Source: Thermoanaerobaculia bacterium (lineage in GTDB: Bacteria; Acidobacteriota; Thermoanaerobaculia; Multivoradales; Multivoraceae). From it: a stretch of DNA of 64,000 nucleotides. The position numbers and the translations under genes were made by a program. The stretch's first letter is position 1. Each line of letters starts with the position of its first letter. Below the pieces are notes generated by a model. It searched no databases. It saw nothing but the letters and a program-made list of their open reading frames with translations, and was not told the origin of the DNA. Below, piece after piece: positions 10,032 to 21,100 of the stretch. The DNA lies in assembly GCA_963664405.1 (NCBI GenBank), contig OY761158.1:2720001-2784000 (forward strand), written 5' to 3'.

Positions 10032-10793
10032 GGCACTGTCAACTTGGCCTTGGCCGAGGCGAGATCTGGCGTTATCAAGGGCTGGTCGGCTCGGATTCAG
10101 CAGGCGCACGTCACCTGCCGCCAGACGCCGAAAAAACGATCTCTCAGCGTACGGTGGTCGCCTGCGCTCACGAGGTGCCGCCCGACGCGGAAAAGGTTCT
10201 GGATGACTCCGTGAGCGGAGAGGAATCGCTGCGCCTGGCCGGGCGACTTGAAGCGGCGCATCTGTCGCTCTCGCTGCCGGGTCGGCTGATGGGAGACCTC
10301 AGCCCGATTGTTCGCGTACTGGCTCGTATCGTGCCTGACGGAGGGCATGGTGGTCCGATGCGCTGCGCCATAACTCCTCAGCTTGTCGGTCACCAGGAGC
10401 ACCGGTTCTGCCCCTTGGCCCTTCAAGAGCTTGCGGAAGAAGCGTTCCGCTGCTTTTCGATCACGGCGTGGCTGCACGAGGATGTCGATCACATCTCCGT
10501 CCTGATCGATGGCACGCCAGAGATACTGCCGCTGGCCCTGGATATTCACGAAGACTTCGTCCAAGGGCGTACTCGGTGCCGAACTTCCGGCACCATTGAC
10601 GGATGGTCTCGTAGGAAACGACGATTCCTCGCTCCGCCAGAAGATCCTCGACGTCGCGAAGGCTCAGGCAGAAGCGATGATAGAGCCAGACGGCGTGGCT
10701 GATGATCTCGGGCGGGAACCGATAGTCGCGGTAGCTGGGTGTGATGCTCTTCATGGGCCGACTCTGCCACTCATCGCTCAACCTGACAGTACC
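10032..10793 (-). mobile_element. IS6-family element, copy 1, transposase broken by an internal deletion
   Basis: IRs GGCACTGTCAACTT (10032-10045) and CAACCTGACAGTACC (10779-10793). Transposase split into YRFPPEIISHAVWLY... and DEVFVNIQGQRQYLWRAIDQDG; the segment between TEYA and LDE that copy 2 has is missing. Confidence 0.92.
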
Positions 10794-10801
10794 GTTCCAA
10801 T

Positions 10802-11607
10802 GGCACTGTCAACTTGCTGACAATGCAGCGAGTCTTTTGGCGTGATCGAAGGCCGAGTTCGGCGTTCAGCAGACGCACGTCTCCTGCCGCCAGACGAGGA
10901 AGGAACGGTCTCGAAGTACTCGGTGGTGAGTAGACCGCAGCAGGTGACGGCCGACTCGAAACAGGTTGTGAATGGCTCCGTGAACGGACAGGAAACGCTG
11001 GGCCTGGCCTGGCGATTTGAACCTTCGCATCTGACGCTCCCGCTGCCGAGTCGGCTGGTGGGAGACCTCCGCTCGATTGTTGGCGTACTGCCTCGTGTCG
11101 TGCCTGACCGAAGGCATGACGGTCCGGTGCGGGGCGCCATAGCTCCTCAGCTTGTCGGTCACCAGCCGCAGTGGCTCGGTTCCTTGACCCTTCAATAACT
11201 TGCGGAAGAAGCGCTCTGCTGCACGACGATCGCGGCGCGGCTGGACCAGGATATCGATCACGTCACCATCCTGATCCACGGCACGCCAGAGATAATGCCT
11301 CTTGCCCTGGATCGTGACGAAGAGCTCGTCCAGGAACCAAGTGTCACCTAATCGCCCCTCTCTCCGCTTCAGCTTTTGGGCGTACTCGGTGCCGAACTTC
11401 CAGCACCACTGGCGGATCGTCTCGTAGGAGAAGGTGATCCCGCGCTCCGCCATGAGATCCTCGACATCTCGGAAGCTCAGACAGAATCGGTAGTAGAGCC
11501 AGACGGCATGGCTGATGATCTCGGCCGGGAACCGGTATCCGCAGTAGCTAGGTTTGTCGCTCTTCATCGGTCCAGTCTGACTGCGACCGCCTCAACTTGA
11601 CTATGCC
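10802..11607 (-). mobile_element. IS6-family element, copy 2 (806 bp)
   Basis: IRs GGCACTGTCAACTT (10802-10815) and CAACTTGACTATGCC (11593-11607). Confidence 0.93.
10866..11567 (-). CDS. IS6 family transposase (intact, 233 aa)
   Basis: YRFPAEII, WFLDE, YLWRAVD, VTDKLRSY, NNRAEVSHQ motifs. Confidence 0.95.
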   Translation of the reverse strand: MKSDKPSYCGYRFPAEIISHAVWLYYRFCLSFRDVEDLMAERGITFSYETIRQWCWKFGTEYAQKLKRREGRLGDTWFLDELFVTIQGKRHYLWRAVDQDGDVIDILVQPRRDRRAAERFFRKLLKGQGTEPLRLVTDKLRSYGAPHRTVMPSVRHDTRQYANNRAEVSHQPTRQRERQMRRFKSPGQAQRFLSVHGAIHNLFRVGRHLLRSTHHRVLRDRSFLVWRQETCVC

Positions 11608-11870
11608 CCGCCCTTCAGTGCTGCAGCGAGGCGATACTCCTCTTGGTGCGAGTAGCTCCCGTGCTTGAAGAACGGGAGCCAACGAGCCTCGCTAATATCG
11701 CGCTCCACCTTTCTGTTCGGAGCGTAATACTCCACGCGCTCGTGCAGTAGCCCTGACTCCGAGAATCGGGTTTGGCGTGAGATCGTGTCGTTGCACCGCT
11801 GAAGGAACTCATCGACGTCAAGGATCTCGACACATGCATCGGCGTTGAATTCGGCAAATAGAGCCGGTGC
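11608..11870 (-). pseudogene. Fragment of hypothetical (DUF2971-like 'K...Y..Q.EYR') protein cut by IS6
   Basis: 'VEILDVDEF...VEYY...FFKHGSYSHQEEYRL' ends at the IS6 IR. Confidence 0.45.
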
Positions 11871-11968
11871 CAGCTGTCTGGGCGCGTCCTCCCACACCGG
11901 GTTCTGCCGGTGAAATGGTCGCCACTTATCGACCTCTGTGTATACTTTCGTGGACGAGGGGAAAGGTC

Positions 11969-12646
11969 GTGACCAAGGTGGACATCTACAGCGGGAAGGA
12001 CCCCCGTGACTTGCCAGCATACACATACGCGCAGGCGAGCCGAATTCTGGACTTCCCCTCCGCAACAATACGTGCCTGGGTCGTAGGCACCACTTACAAG
12101 GGAGGGCGGTTCCGCCCCGTCATCTCGCGACCCGACGAGGAAGACTCGCGGCTATCCTTCCTCAACCTAGTCGAAGCGCATGTCTTGCGCGCCCTCCGCC
12201 TCCGGCATCGCGTCCCGATGGGCGAAGTGAGACAGGCCTTGGACTACGCAGAGCACAAGCTCGGCGTAGAGAGGCTCCTGATCCGAGAGAAGCTGCGAAC
12301 TGCGGATGGTCACCTGTTTCTTGAGAAGTTCGGCGAGCTAGTGCATCTCTCCCCGAGTAAGCAGGCCTACATCGAGACGGTCCTCCGGTCCCAACTCCAG
12401 AGAGTCGAGTACGACAGAGGGTCGTCGATCTGCCTGTTCCCCGTCATTCCGGGAGATGCCACCCGAAGGACGGTGCAAGTGAGCCCCAGTTTTGGATTCG
12501 GCGACCCGGTAACCTCACGTCGTCGCATCAGAACCTCCGTCATAGCTGACCGGTTCGACGCCGGCGAAACGATTGAAGACCTTGCGGAAGACTACGACCT
12601 AGAGATCCAAGAGGTCCGAGACGCCATCACGTTCGAAGCTGCCTGA
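11969..12646 (+). CDS. VapB45-like antitoxin (HTH + DUF433)
   Basis: 'YTYAQASRIL...TIRAW', 'LSFLNLVEAHV', DUF433 'P.FGFGDPV...I.DRFDAGETIEDLAEDYDL'. GTG start at 11969. Confidence 0.88.
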   Translation: MTKVDIYSGKDPRDLPAYTYAQASRILDFPSATIRAWVVGTTYKGGRFRPVISRPDEEDSRLSFLNLVEAHVLRALRLRHRVPMGEVRQALDYAEHKLGVERLLIREKLRTADGHLFLEKFGELVHLSPSKQAYIETVLRSQLQRVEYDRGSSICLFPVIPGDATRRTVQVSPSFGFGDPVTSRRRIRTSVIADRFDAGETIEDLAEDYDLEIQEVRDAITFEAA

Positions 12647-13076
12647 GCCGGTCTTCTTCTGCGACCGGAACCTTGCGAAGTTGTTCCCCAGGGCTTTGCG
12701 TGAAGGAGGCCTCAACATAGAGGTTCACGACGATCACTTCGATGAGTCCACAAAAGACGAGACCTGGATTCCAGTCGTATCTCAGAAGGGTTGGGTCGCG
12801 GTTACACAAGATCGGCGCATTCAATACCACAGCCGGCAAAGGGATCAAGTCATGCTCGCTGGTCTGCAGCTCCTAGTTGTCAGGGGGAAGGCGTCGAACG
12901 CCCTACTCGCCCAGAATTTCCTGCGAACGCAGCAGAAGATCTTCAAGTTCCTGAGGTCCCATCCCGGGCCATGGATCGCGAAGATTCTGGGACCTCCGGG
13001 GAACCCGCGAAAGTCCGGGAGCATCGAGATGTGGCTGTCCTATGAGGAGTGGGAGAAGCGATACCGCTTGCCGTAG
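12639..13076 (+). CDS. VapC45-like PIN domain toxin
   Basis: 'VFFCDRNL', 'DETWIP', 'GWVAVTQDRRI' PIN-like acidic motifs. Overlaps the antitoxin stop; start (CTG 12639) uncertain. Confidence 0.85.
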   Translation: MPEPVFFCDRNLAKLFPRALREGGLNIEVHDDHFDESTKDETWIPVVSQKGWVAVTQDRRIQYHSRQRDQVMLAGLQLLVVRGKASNALLAQNFLRTQQKIFKFLRSHPGPWIAKILGPPGNPRKSGSIEMWLSYEEWEKRYRLP

Positions 13077-13181
13077 GTGGGCATCGGTTGGGCGCCCTCC
13101 AGGAGCCTGAGAGCCCGCTTCTTTTCAGGGTCGTAGCTGCGGCGGTCGTAGACGGCTGTGTCTCGAGATCGATTTCTATGG

Positions 13182-13195
13182 AAGTTGACAGTACC
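13182..13195 (-). mobile_element. Solo IS6-type inverted repeat
   Basis: AAGTTGACAGTACC is the revcomp of GGTACTGTCAACTT, 13/14 identical to the IS6 IRs at 10032 and 10802. Confidence 0.6.
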
Positions 13196-13384
13196 GACAG
13201 ACGTCTCCTCACGGCGGCCTCAGTAATCGCTCTGCGGAGGAAGTAGCGGCCGGGGGGACCAAGCCCAGCCGATCCGGTCAAGAAGCGACCTTTGGTACTA
13301 TACGGCGCCCGCCGCGCTAGGCCGCGTGCGGCTTCCCATTGCCGGGCCCGAGCCGAATGCTTGTGTCCTTCACCGCGCACTAAA

Positions 13385-15100
13385 ATGAGTCCAGTGACCC
13401 GAACAGCTCCGCAAGGAACCGGTGGGCCTAGCGTCCTCGCCGCGATTGCCCAGCAGGCGCCTGTCGTGCTCGGCGCCTGGTCAGGGCGCGAGTCCGATCT
13501 CTGCACAGGGGAGGAAGCGCTTCGCGACGCTATCGCGGACATCCGCAGGCCTCTTTACGTGCTTGGCCGGAGTGCCGACGTCGGGGCCGGACCTCGAGTC
13601 GCCGCCTGCCGAGGGGAGGCTCGTTTCGGGGCCGAAGTGAATCTCCATCAGGGAGACCGCGCCATCGTCGGCCACGTCCTGCCCACGGGCTTGGGAAGCC
13701 TAGGCGACCAAGAGTTCCGAGCCGCCCACGGCCTCAAGCTCGCATGCCTTGCCGGAGCCATGGCCAACGGCATCTCGTCCGTCGAGCTGGTGGAAGCCAT
13801 GTCTCACGCAGGTATGCTCGGCACCTTCGGCGCCGCCGGCCTGCCATTGAGAACCATCGAGACCGCTATCGATCGACTGACCTCGTCGCTTGGCAGTGCA
13901 CCCTTTGCATTCAACCTCATCCACAGCCCCAACGAACCCGACCTCGAGCGCGACGTTGTCGACCTCTACCTGCGCCACGGCGTGCGCCTGGTGGATGCTT
14001 CGGCCTACATGCGCCTTACCCTCCCGCTCATTCGCTACCGCGTGAGCGGTATCTACCGCGACGCCGACGGCAGGGTGGTAACGCCGAACCGGGTCATCGC
14101 CAAGGCGTCGCGGGTCGAAGTGGCCACCCGCTTTTTCTCGCCGCCACCCGATGGCTTCCTACAGGATCTCGTCGCCAGCAGCGATATCACCGAGATGCAG
14201 GCACACCTGGCCCGCGAGGTCCCGGTAGCCCAGGACCTCACCGCGGAGGCGGACAGCGGAGGACATACCGACAATCGTCCAGCCCTAGGGTTAGTGCCGA
14301 CGATGATCGCGCTGCGGGATCGCATGCAGCGTGAATACGGCTATCAGGAACGCCTCCGCGTGGGTGCGGCCGGCGGCATCGCGACGCCCCATGCAGCGGC
14401 CGCGGCGTTCGCCATGGGCGCGGCCTACGTCATGGCCGGCTCGGTGAACCAGTCCTGCGTCGAGGCAGCCACCTCACCGGCAGTCCGGGAGATGCTCGCC
14501 GCTTGCGGGCAGGCGGACGTTGCCATGGCACCCGCCGCCGATATGTTCGAGATGGGCGTCAAGGTACAGGTGCTCAAGCGGGGCACGATGTTCGCGATGC
14601 GAGCCAGCCGGCTCTACGAGATCTACCGAGCTTGCGGCTCGATCGACGAGATCCCCCCCGACGAGCGCAAGAAACTCGAGGAAACGGTCTTTCAAGCGAC
14701 CTTCGATGAGGTTCTCACCGACGTGCGCGCCTACTTCCTCGAGCGCGACAGTGCTCAATGGGAGCGGGCCGAGATAGATCCGAAGCACCGCATGGCGCTC
14801 GCTTTCCGCTGGTACCTTGGCCACTCTTCCATCTGGGCGAATCGCGGTGAGCCAACGCGCCGCCTCGATTACCAGATCTGGTGCGGACCCGCGATGGGCG
14901 CTTTCAACGCCTGGGTGAAAGGAAGCTTCCTGGCCGAGGCGCGTAACCGTAGCGTCGTCACCATCAGCCTGAATCTCCTCTACGGCGCCACCGTACTGAA
15001 CCGAATACAAACGTTGCGTAGCCAGGGCGTGACTCTGAACCTCGAGCAGCAGCAGGTGCTGCCCCGCCGACTGGCACACTTGGAGCCGCACCTACCGTGA
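13385..15100 (+). CDS. pfaD: PUFA synthase enoyl reductase PfaD
   Basis: 'AGAMANGISS', 'FAFNLIHSP', 'EADSGGHTDNRP', 'APAADMFEMGVKVQVLKRGTMF', 'DYQIWCGPAMGAFN'. ATG at 13385. Confidence 0.95.
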   Translation: MSPVTRTAPQGTGGPSVLAAIAQQAPVVLGAWSGRESDLCTGEEALRDAIADIRRPLYVLGRSADVGAGPRVAACRGEARFGAEVNLHQGDRAIVGHVLPTGLGSLGDQEFRAAHGLKLACLAGAMANGISSVELVEAMSHAGMLGTFGAAGLPLRTIETAIDRLTSSLGSAPFAFNLIHSPNEPDLERDVVDLYLRHGVRLVDASAYMRLTLPLIRYRVSGIYRDADGRVVTPNRVIAKASRVEVATRFFSPPPDGFLQDLVASSDITEMQAHLAREVPVAQDLTAEADSGGHTDNRPALGLVPTMIALRDRMQREYGYQERLRVGAAGGIATPHAAAAAFAMGAAYVMAGSVNQSCVEAATSPAVREMLAACGQADVAMAPAADMFEMGVKVQVLKRGTMFAMRASRLYEIYRACGSIDEIPPDERKKLEETVFQATFDEVLTDVRAYFLERDSAQWERAEIDPKHRMALAFRWYLGHSSIWANRGEPTRRLDYQIWCGPAMGAFNAWVKGSFLAEARNRSVVTISLNLLYGATVLNRIQTLRSQGVTLNLEQQQVLPRRLAHLEPHLP

Positions 15101-18100
15101 AAAATCAATCCTCCCCTGGGCGCGGACACGACGTTGCGCTGGCCATCATCGGCATCTCCTGCATCTTCCCCGAGGCAGACAGCCTAGAAGGCTATTGGCG
15201 CAACATCCGCAACGGCGTCGACTCCATCACCGACGTTCCTGACACCCACTGGTCACCGCAGGATTTCTTCAACGCAGATCCCAAGGCGCCGGACATGACC
15301 TACGCGTCTCGTGGTGGCTTCCTGCCGGCGGTGGACTTCAATCCACTGGACTTCGGCATCGCGCCGAACGCATTGGAGGCGACCGATACCGCGCAGCTAC
15401 TTGGACTGTACACCGCACGTCGGGCGCTCATCGACGCGGGCTACGGCCCTGGGCGCGACTTCGACAGGAATCGGGTGAGCGTGGTTTTGGGCGTTACAGG
15501 CACCCTGGAGCTGACGATCTCTCTCGGCGCACGCCTAGGACATCCACTCTGGCGACGCGCACTGGCCGAGTCAGGCGTTCACGGTGAGGTAGCAGATGAC
15601 GTTGTTCGTCGCATCGCAGACTCCTATGTCGAATGGCAGGAGGCGTCCTTCCCTGGGCTGCTTGGCAACGTCGTCGCCGGCCGAATCGCCAACCGGCTGG
15701 ACCTTGGAGGCACCAACTGCGTTGTCGACGCGGCCTGCGCCAGCTCGTTGAGTGCGCTCCACCTGGCATCCCTAGAGCTCGCAGACGGGCGTTGCGATAT
15801 GGCCATCACCGGAGGTGTCGACACGCTCAACGACATCTTCATGTACATGTGCTTCTCGAAGACTCCCGCGCTGAGCCCAACAGGCAACGCAAGGCCGTTC
15901 GACCACGAGGGCGATGGGACGATCCTCGGTGAGGGCGTCGGCATGCTCGTACTCAAGCGCCTGGACGATGCGGTCCGCGACGGCGACCGTATCTACGCCG
16001 AGATCATCGGCCTCGGCACCTCGAGCGACGGCAAGGGCAACGCCATCTACGCGCCGAGCCAGTCGGGCCAGGCCAAGGCTCTTCGTCGCGCCTACGAGCG
16101 CGCAAACGCTGCGCCCGACACCGTCGAGCTGGTTGAGGCCCACGGCACCGGTACGGTCGTCGGTGACGCCGTTGAGTCCAAAGCACTCTCAGCCGTCTAT
16201 CGAGAGAGCCGTGCCGAGGGGACGTGGTGCGCGTTGGGCTCAGTCAAGTCCCAGATCGGCCACACCAAAGCCGCCGCTGGGGCGGCGTCATTGATCAAGG
16301 CGGCAATGGCACTGCACCACAAGGTGCTCCCGCCGACGCTGAAGGTGGAGAAACCGCTACCCCAAGTGGCACCAGGCGCCTCACCCTTCTACGTCAACAC
16401 CGACAAGCGCCCCTGGCTCACACCCTTCGGTCATCCGCGCCGCGCCGCCGTCAGCTCCTTCGGTTTCGGCGGCAGCAACTTTCACTGCCTGCTGCAGGAG
16501 CACGTGAGCGGAGAAGGAGCAGACCTCGACGAACCTGATTGGGACGGCGACGTGCAGATCCTCGCCTTCGGCGCGCCAACACAGCATCGCCTCAAAGAGT
16601 GGTTGCTCAAACTGGGCCAGACGGCGAGCTGGGAGGCCGTGCGCGAGCTCGCCAAGGCCTCCCGCGAGGCCTTCCGTCAGGACGACACCGAGCGCCTCCT
16701 CCTCGTCGTAGAGAGGGGGCAGGGGGCTCCGGCGGACCTGGCGACACGAGCCGAGAGCCTACTCGAGGCCCACACGGAGGCAACGTGGTCGACTCCTGAC
16801 GGTATCTACTACGGACGGGGCCGGCCCGCCGGCGACCTCGCATTCCTCTTTCCGGGGCAAGGCTCCCAATACGTTGGCATGCTGCGCGATCTGGCGTGCC
16901 AGTTCCCCTCGATCAGCTCGTCACTCGAGCTCGCCGACGCCGCTGAGCCGGATAACCGTCTGAGCGACCGCATCTATCCGCATCCTGCCTTCGACGACGA
17001 AGCGCTTCAGCTCCAGGAAAATCTTCTGCGCGACACCCGTTACGCTCAGCCGGCGATCGGAGCCGTGAGTCTGGGCGCCGACAGGCTGTTGCGCTCATTC
17101 GGCGTTGCGCCCGCTGCCACGGCCGGCCACAGTTTCGGCGAGCTCACCGCTCTGTGCACCGCGGGACGCCTGTCCACTGAGGACTTCACCGAGCTCTCGC
17201 GGCTGCGTGGTCGCCTCATGGGCGAGGAGGACGGCGGAAGAGGTGCCATGCTCGCCGTCCGCGCAGGCGTCATGGAGGTCGACAAGATCATCGCCGCAGA
17301 ATCACTCGAGCTCGTCGTGGCAAACCGCAACGCGCCAACCCAGATTGTCCTCTCCGGCGGTACCGCCGAGATCGAACGAGCCGCGGGGATTCTCCGTCTT
17401 CGCCAGATCGACGCCACGCGCCTTCCTGTCTCGGCCGCCTTTCACTCCCCCCTTGTCGCCGCCGCCGCGGGGCCGCTCGCCGCCGCCTTGGAGGAGATCC
17501 AACTGGGCGAGGGCACGGTGCCGGTCTACGCGAACAGCAGCGCCATGCCCTATCCTACCGACGAGCGAGAAGCCAAGGCGCTCCTCGCCGGCCAGCTAGC
17601 CAGCCCTGTTCTCTTCGACGAGCTGATCCGGCGGATGCACAGCGACGGAGTCAGGACTTTCGTTGAGACCGGCCCCCACGCACGCCTCAGCGGACTCGTC
17701 GCTTCCATTCTTGATGGCGAGCCGCATCACGCTTTTGCTCTGGACGCAAGCCATGGGTCGCGCTCGGGAATTCGAGAGCTCGCTCGCGTCCTGGCCCGGA
17801 TCGGCTCGCTCGGCCACGACGTAGCACTGCAACCCTGGGACGCTGCCTTCCGTCCAACTCCCGCGCTGGCTTCAGCCGGACGCGAGGAGCTTAGCTACCG
17901 GGTGGGGGGCGCAAACATCCGGACTCGCAAGAGGAAACCGATGCAAAACGACGAAATCAAGCCAGCACACCTGCCTCCTAGCCCGCGGCGCGCGCCTGCA
18001 GCGGCACCGGAGACGCGGAGCCTTCAAGCGCCACCCTCCCCGACAACCCCCGTTGCCGCTTCTGTGGCAGAAGCCCTACGAATCACCCAGGAGAACATGA

Positions 18101-21100
18101 TCGCTCTCCAACGCCTGCAACAGCAGACGGCCCTGCTGCACCAGCAGTTTCTCGAGGGGCAGAACGCCTCGCAGCAGCATTACAACACGCTGCTCCAGCA
18201 GCAACAGCGCTTTGTCGAGATGTCCCTTGGTCTGCCGATCGGACCGGCACTCCTCGCCGACCCCATGACGAAGCCGACGCGGCCCATACAGGCTCCCGAA
18301 CACCCCGCCGCTACCGTGGCGCCTGCCCCGCTCACCGACGCGATCAGCGAAGCTCCCGCCCAGGCCGAGACGCCGTCAACAACGGCGGTGACGCCGGAGC
18401 CGACGCCCGCCCCCGCGCCAGTGCCGGTCGCCACGGTCGACGTAGCGAAGATCCTGCTTGACATCGTCGCCGAAAAGACAGGCTACCCTGCCGAGGTGCT
18501 CGAGCTCAGCATGGAGCTCGACGCAGACCTTGGCATCGACTCGATCAAGCGGGTTGAGATCCTGTCCGCGCTTCAGGACGAGCTGCCAGACGCGCCCGAA
18601 GTCGCCCCGGACCAGCTCGGCACTCTTGACACCCTCCAGGCACTCCTCGATCTCGTCCCGCAAGACACGGACCTGCCGGCCCCGCGGATCGCCGCCGAAC
18701 CAACTCCGGCGGTTGCGGTGGCGGCTGAAGCGCCCCCGAAGGTGCAGACCCAACGGCCACTGCAGCGCTACGCATTACAATCGCGCGACTTAGGCGCCGC
18801 TCTCGGCGAGGACGCGCCGAGGCCAAAGTCGGCAGCGGCGATCTGGATCACTGACGGCGACGCGGAGCTGGCCTGCGAAATCTCCGCGCTGCTGAGCACC
18901 GAGGGCTACGAGCCACGGGTGGTCTCGGCGGAGTCGCTGAACGGGGCCGTAGAGGAGCCCGTTGCGGGTCTCGTCATCCTTCCTCCGCGCCAGGGCACTA
19001 GTGACGCCGACCTCCTGGGCGTGCTACAGGTCGTACAGGCGGCGGGAAGCGGCCTGCGCGCCACCGGCCGTGATGGCGGTGCATTCCTCGTCAGCGCATC
19101 TCGTCTCGATGGGGCCTTTGGTACCACCGGAGACGATATCGCGGACCCCGTTTCAGGCGGCTTCGCCGGTCTCACCAAGTCGGCTGCCCATGAGTGGCCC
19201 GAGGTGCGGTGCCTGGCACTCGACCTGGCACCTGACCTTAGCGATGCCGACGCTGCCAGCGCCATCGTGGCCGAAATCTTCCGCGTCGGCCCGCCAGAAG
19301 TGGGTTTGAGCGCTGCAGGCCGAACCGGCTTGGAGCTGGTTAGCCGAGAGCTTTCCTCCTCCAATGGCACTCTGCCCCTGCTCGAGGGCGAGGTCGCGGT
19401 GCTGAGCGGTGGCGCAAGGGGTGTAACCGCGGAGGTCGCGCTTGCCCTAGCAAGGTCGTGCCGGCCTACTCTGGTCCTCCTCGGTCGGAGCCCGGCGCCG
19501 GAAAGCGAGCCCGAGTGGCTCGCCGCCCTGGTCACCGAGGCCGAGATCAAGCAGGGCCTCCTCGCCGGCGGTGAGGCGTCCTCGCCCCGCCAGGCCGGCG
19601 AGATCTATGACCGCATCCGTGCAGCGAGAGAGATCCGCAGCAACCTCGAGCGCATGAGCGAGGCGGGGGCGACAGTACGCTATCTATCGGTTGACGTGCG
19701 CGACGCTGCTGGCTTGAGTGACACGCTCTCCTCGATCGCGGCAGAGTACGGCCCCGTCCGCGTGCTGGTGCACGGAGCCGGCGTACTCGAAGACAAGCTC
19801 ATCCTCGAGAAAACCAGCGAGAGCTTCCAGAAGGTCTACGCGCCAAAAGTTGCGGGCCTGCGCAACCTGCTGGAAGCCATCGATCGCGACGCCCTGCGCG
19901 CCCTCGTCCTCTTCAGCTCTTCAACGGCGCGCTACGGCCGCGCAGGCCAGGTGGACTACGCGATCGCCAACGAGGTGCTCAACAAGCTCGCCAAACACGA
20001 GGCCCTGCGGCTTCCTGGTTGCAAGGTCATGAGCCTCAACTGGGGTCCGTGGGAAGGCGGCATGGTCGATCCGTCGTTGAGGACAGTCTTCGCAAACGAA
20101 GGCGTGCCTCTCATCCCTCTCGCCCAGGGGGCCGACCACCTGCTTCGCGAGCTCGCCAGCGACGAGACCGCCGTTGAGCGCCTGGTCCTTGGCCCGGCGT
20201 TGGCAGGTGCCCCGAATCTCACCCATTCGCAAGAGCTCACGAAGTCCGCGGGGAAGGAGCCAGGCGTGTCGTCGACCCTGCCACTGGTAGCGGAAGAGCA
20301 GATCGACGTAGCGAGCTGCCCGTTCCTGCGCTCCCACGTGCTCGACGGTAAGGCGGTGGTCCCCATGGCAATGCTGCCCGAGTGGCTCGCTCACGGCGCA
20401 CTGCATGGCAACCCAGGTCTTGTCTTCCACGGCTGCGACAGCCTCAGCGTCCTCAAGGGTCTGGTCCTCGACACTGATGGCAGCCTACGGTTGAAGATCC
20501 ACGCCGGAGATGCCCGCAAGGACGACGATGGCTACAGGGTTCAGGTTGAGCTGCGCGCTGCACAGAACGACGGCAGGGAATTCCTGTTTGCTCGCGCCGA
20601 GGTTCTGCTCACAGAGAGCCTTCCATCGGAGCAGCCGCGGCTGGTAGCCCCGCAAGGGCCGGCATACGAGAAGAGCGCGGCGGAGACCTACCGCGATCAT
20701 CTCTTCCACGGCCCGGATCTCCAGGGCATAGAGCGAGTGCATGTCTGTTCCCCTGAAGGTGTCGTCGCCGACGCGTCTGCCGCGCCTCCACCTAAGGACT
20801 GGATGGAGCGGCCCTTCCGGCGGCGCTGGCTCACCGATCCATTGACGCTTGACGTCGGGATCCAGTTGCTCACGTTCTGGACGGGGGTGCACAGCGCCGG
20901 CCCCTCCCTGCCTTGCGCAACGGCGAGCTACCGCCAGTACCAGCCCTTTCCCGAGAGCGGCGCCCGCGTTGTGCTCCGCGTCACCAAGAGCGATAAGACC
21001 CGAGCGTTCGGCGATATCGAGTTTCTCGACGCCGATGGGCACCTAGTTGCGCGCTTCGAAGGCTGTGAGAACACCATCGACCCGCGCCTGGTGTCTGCGT

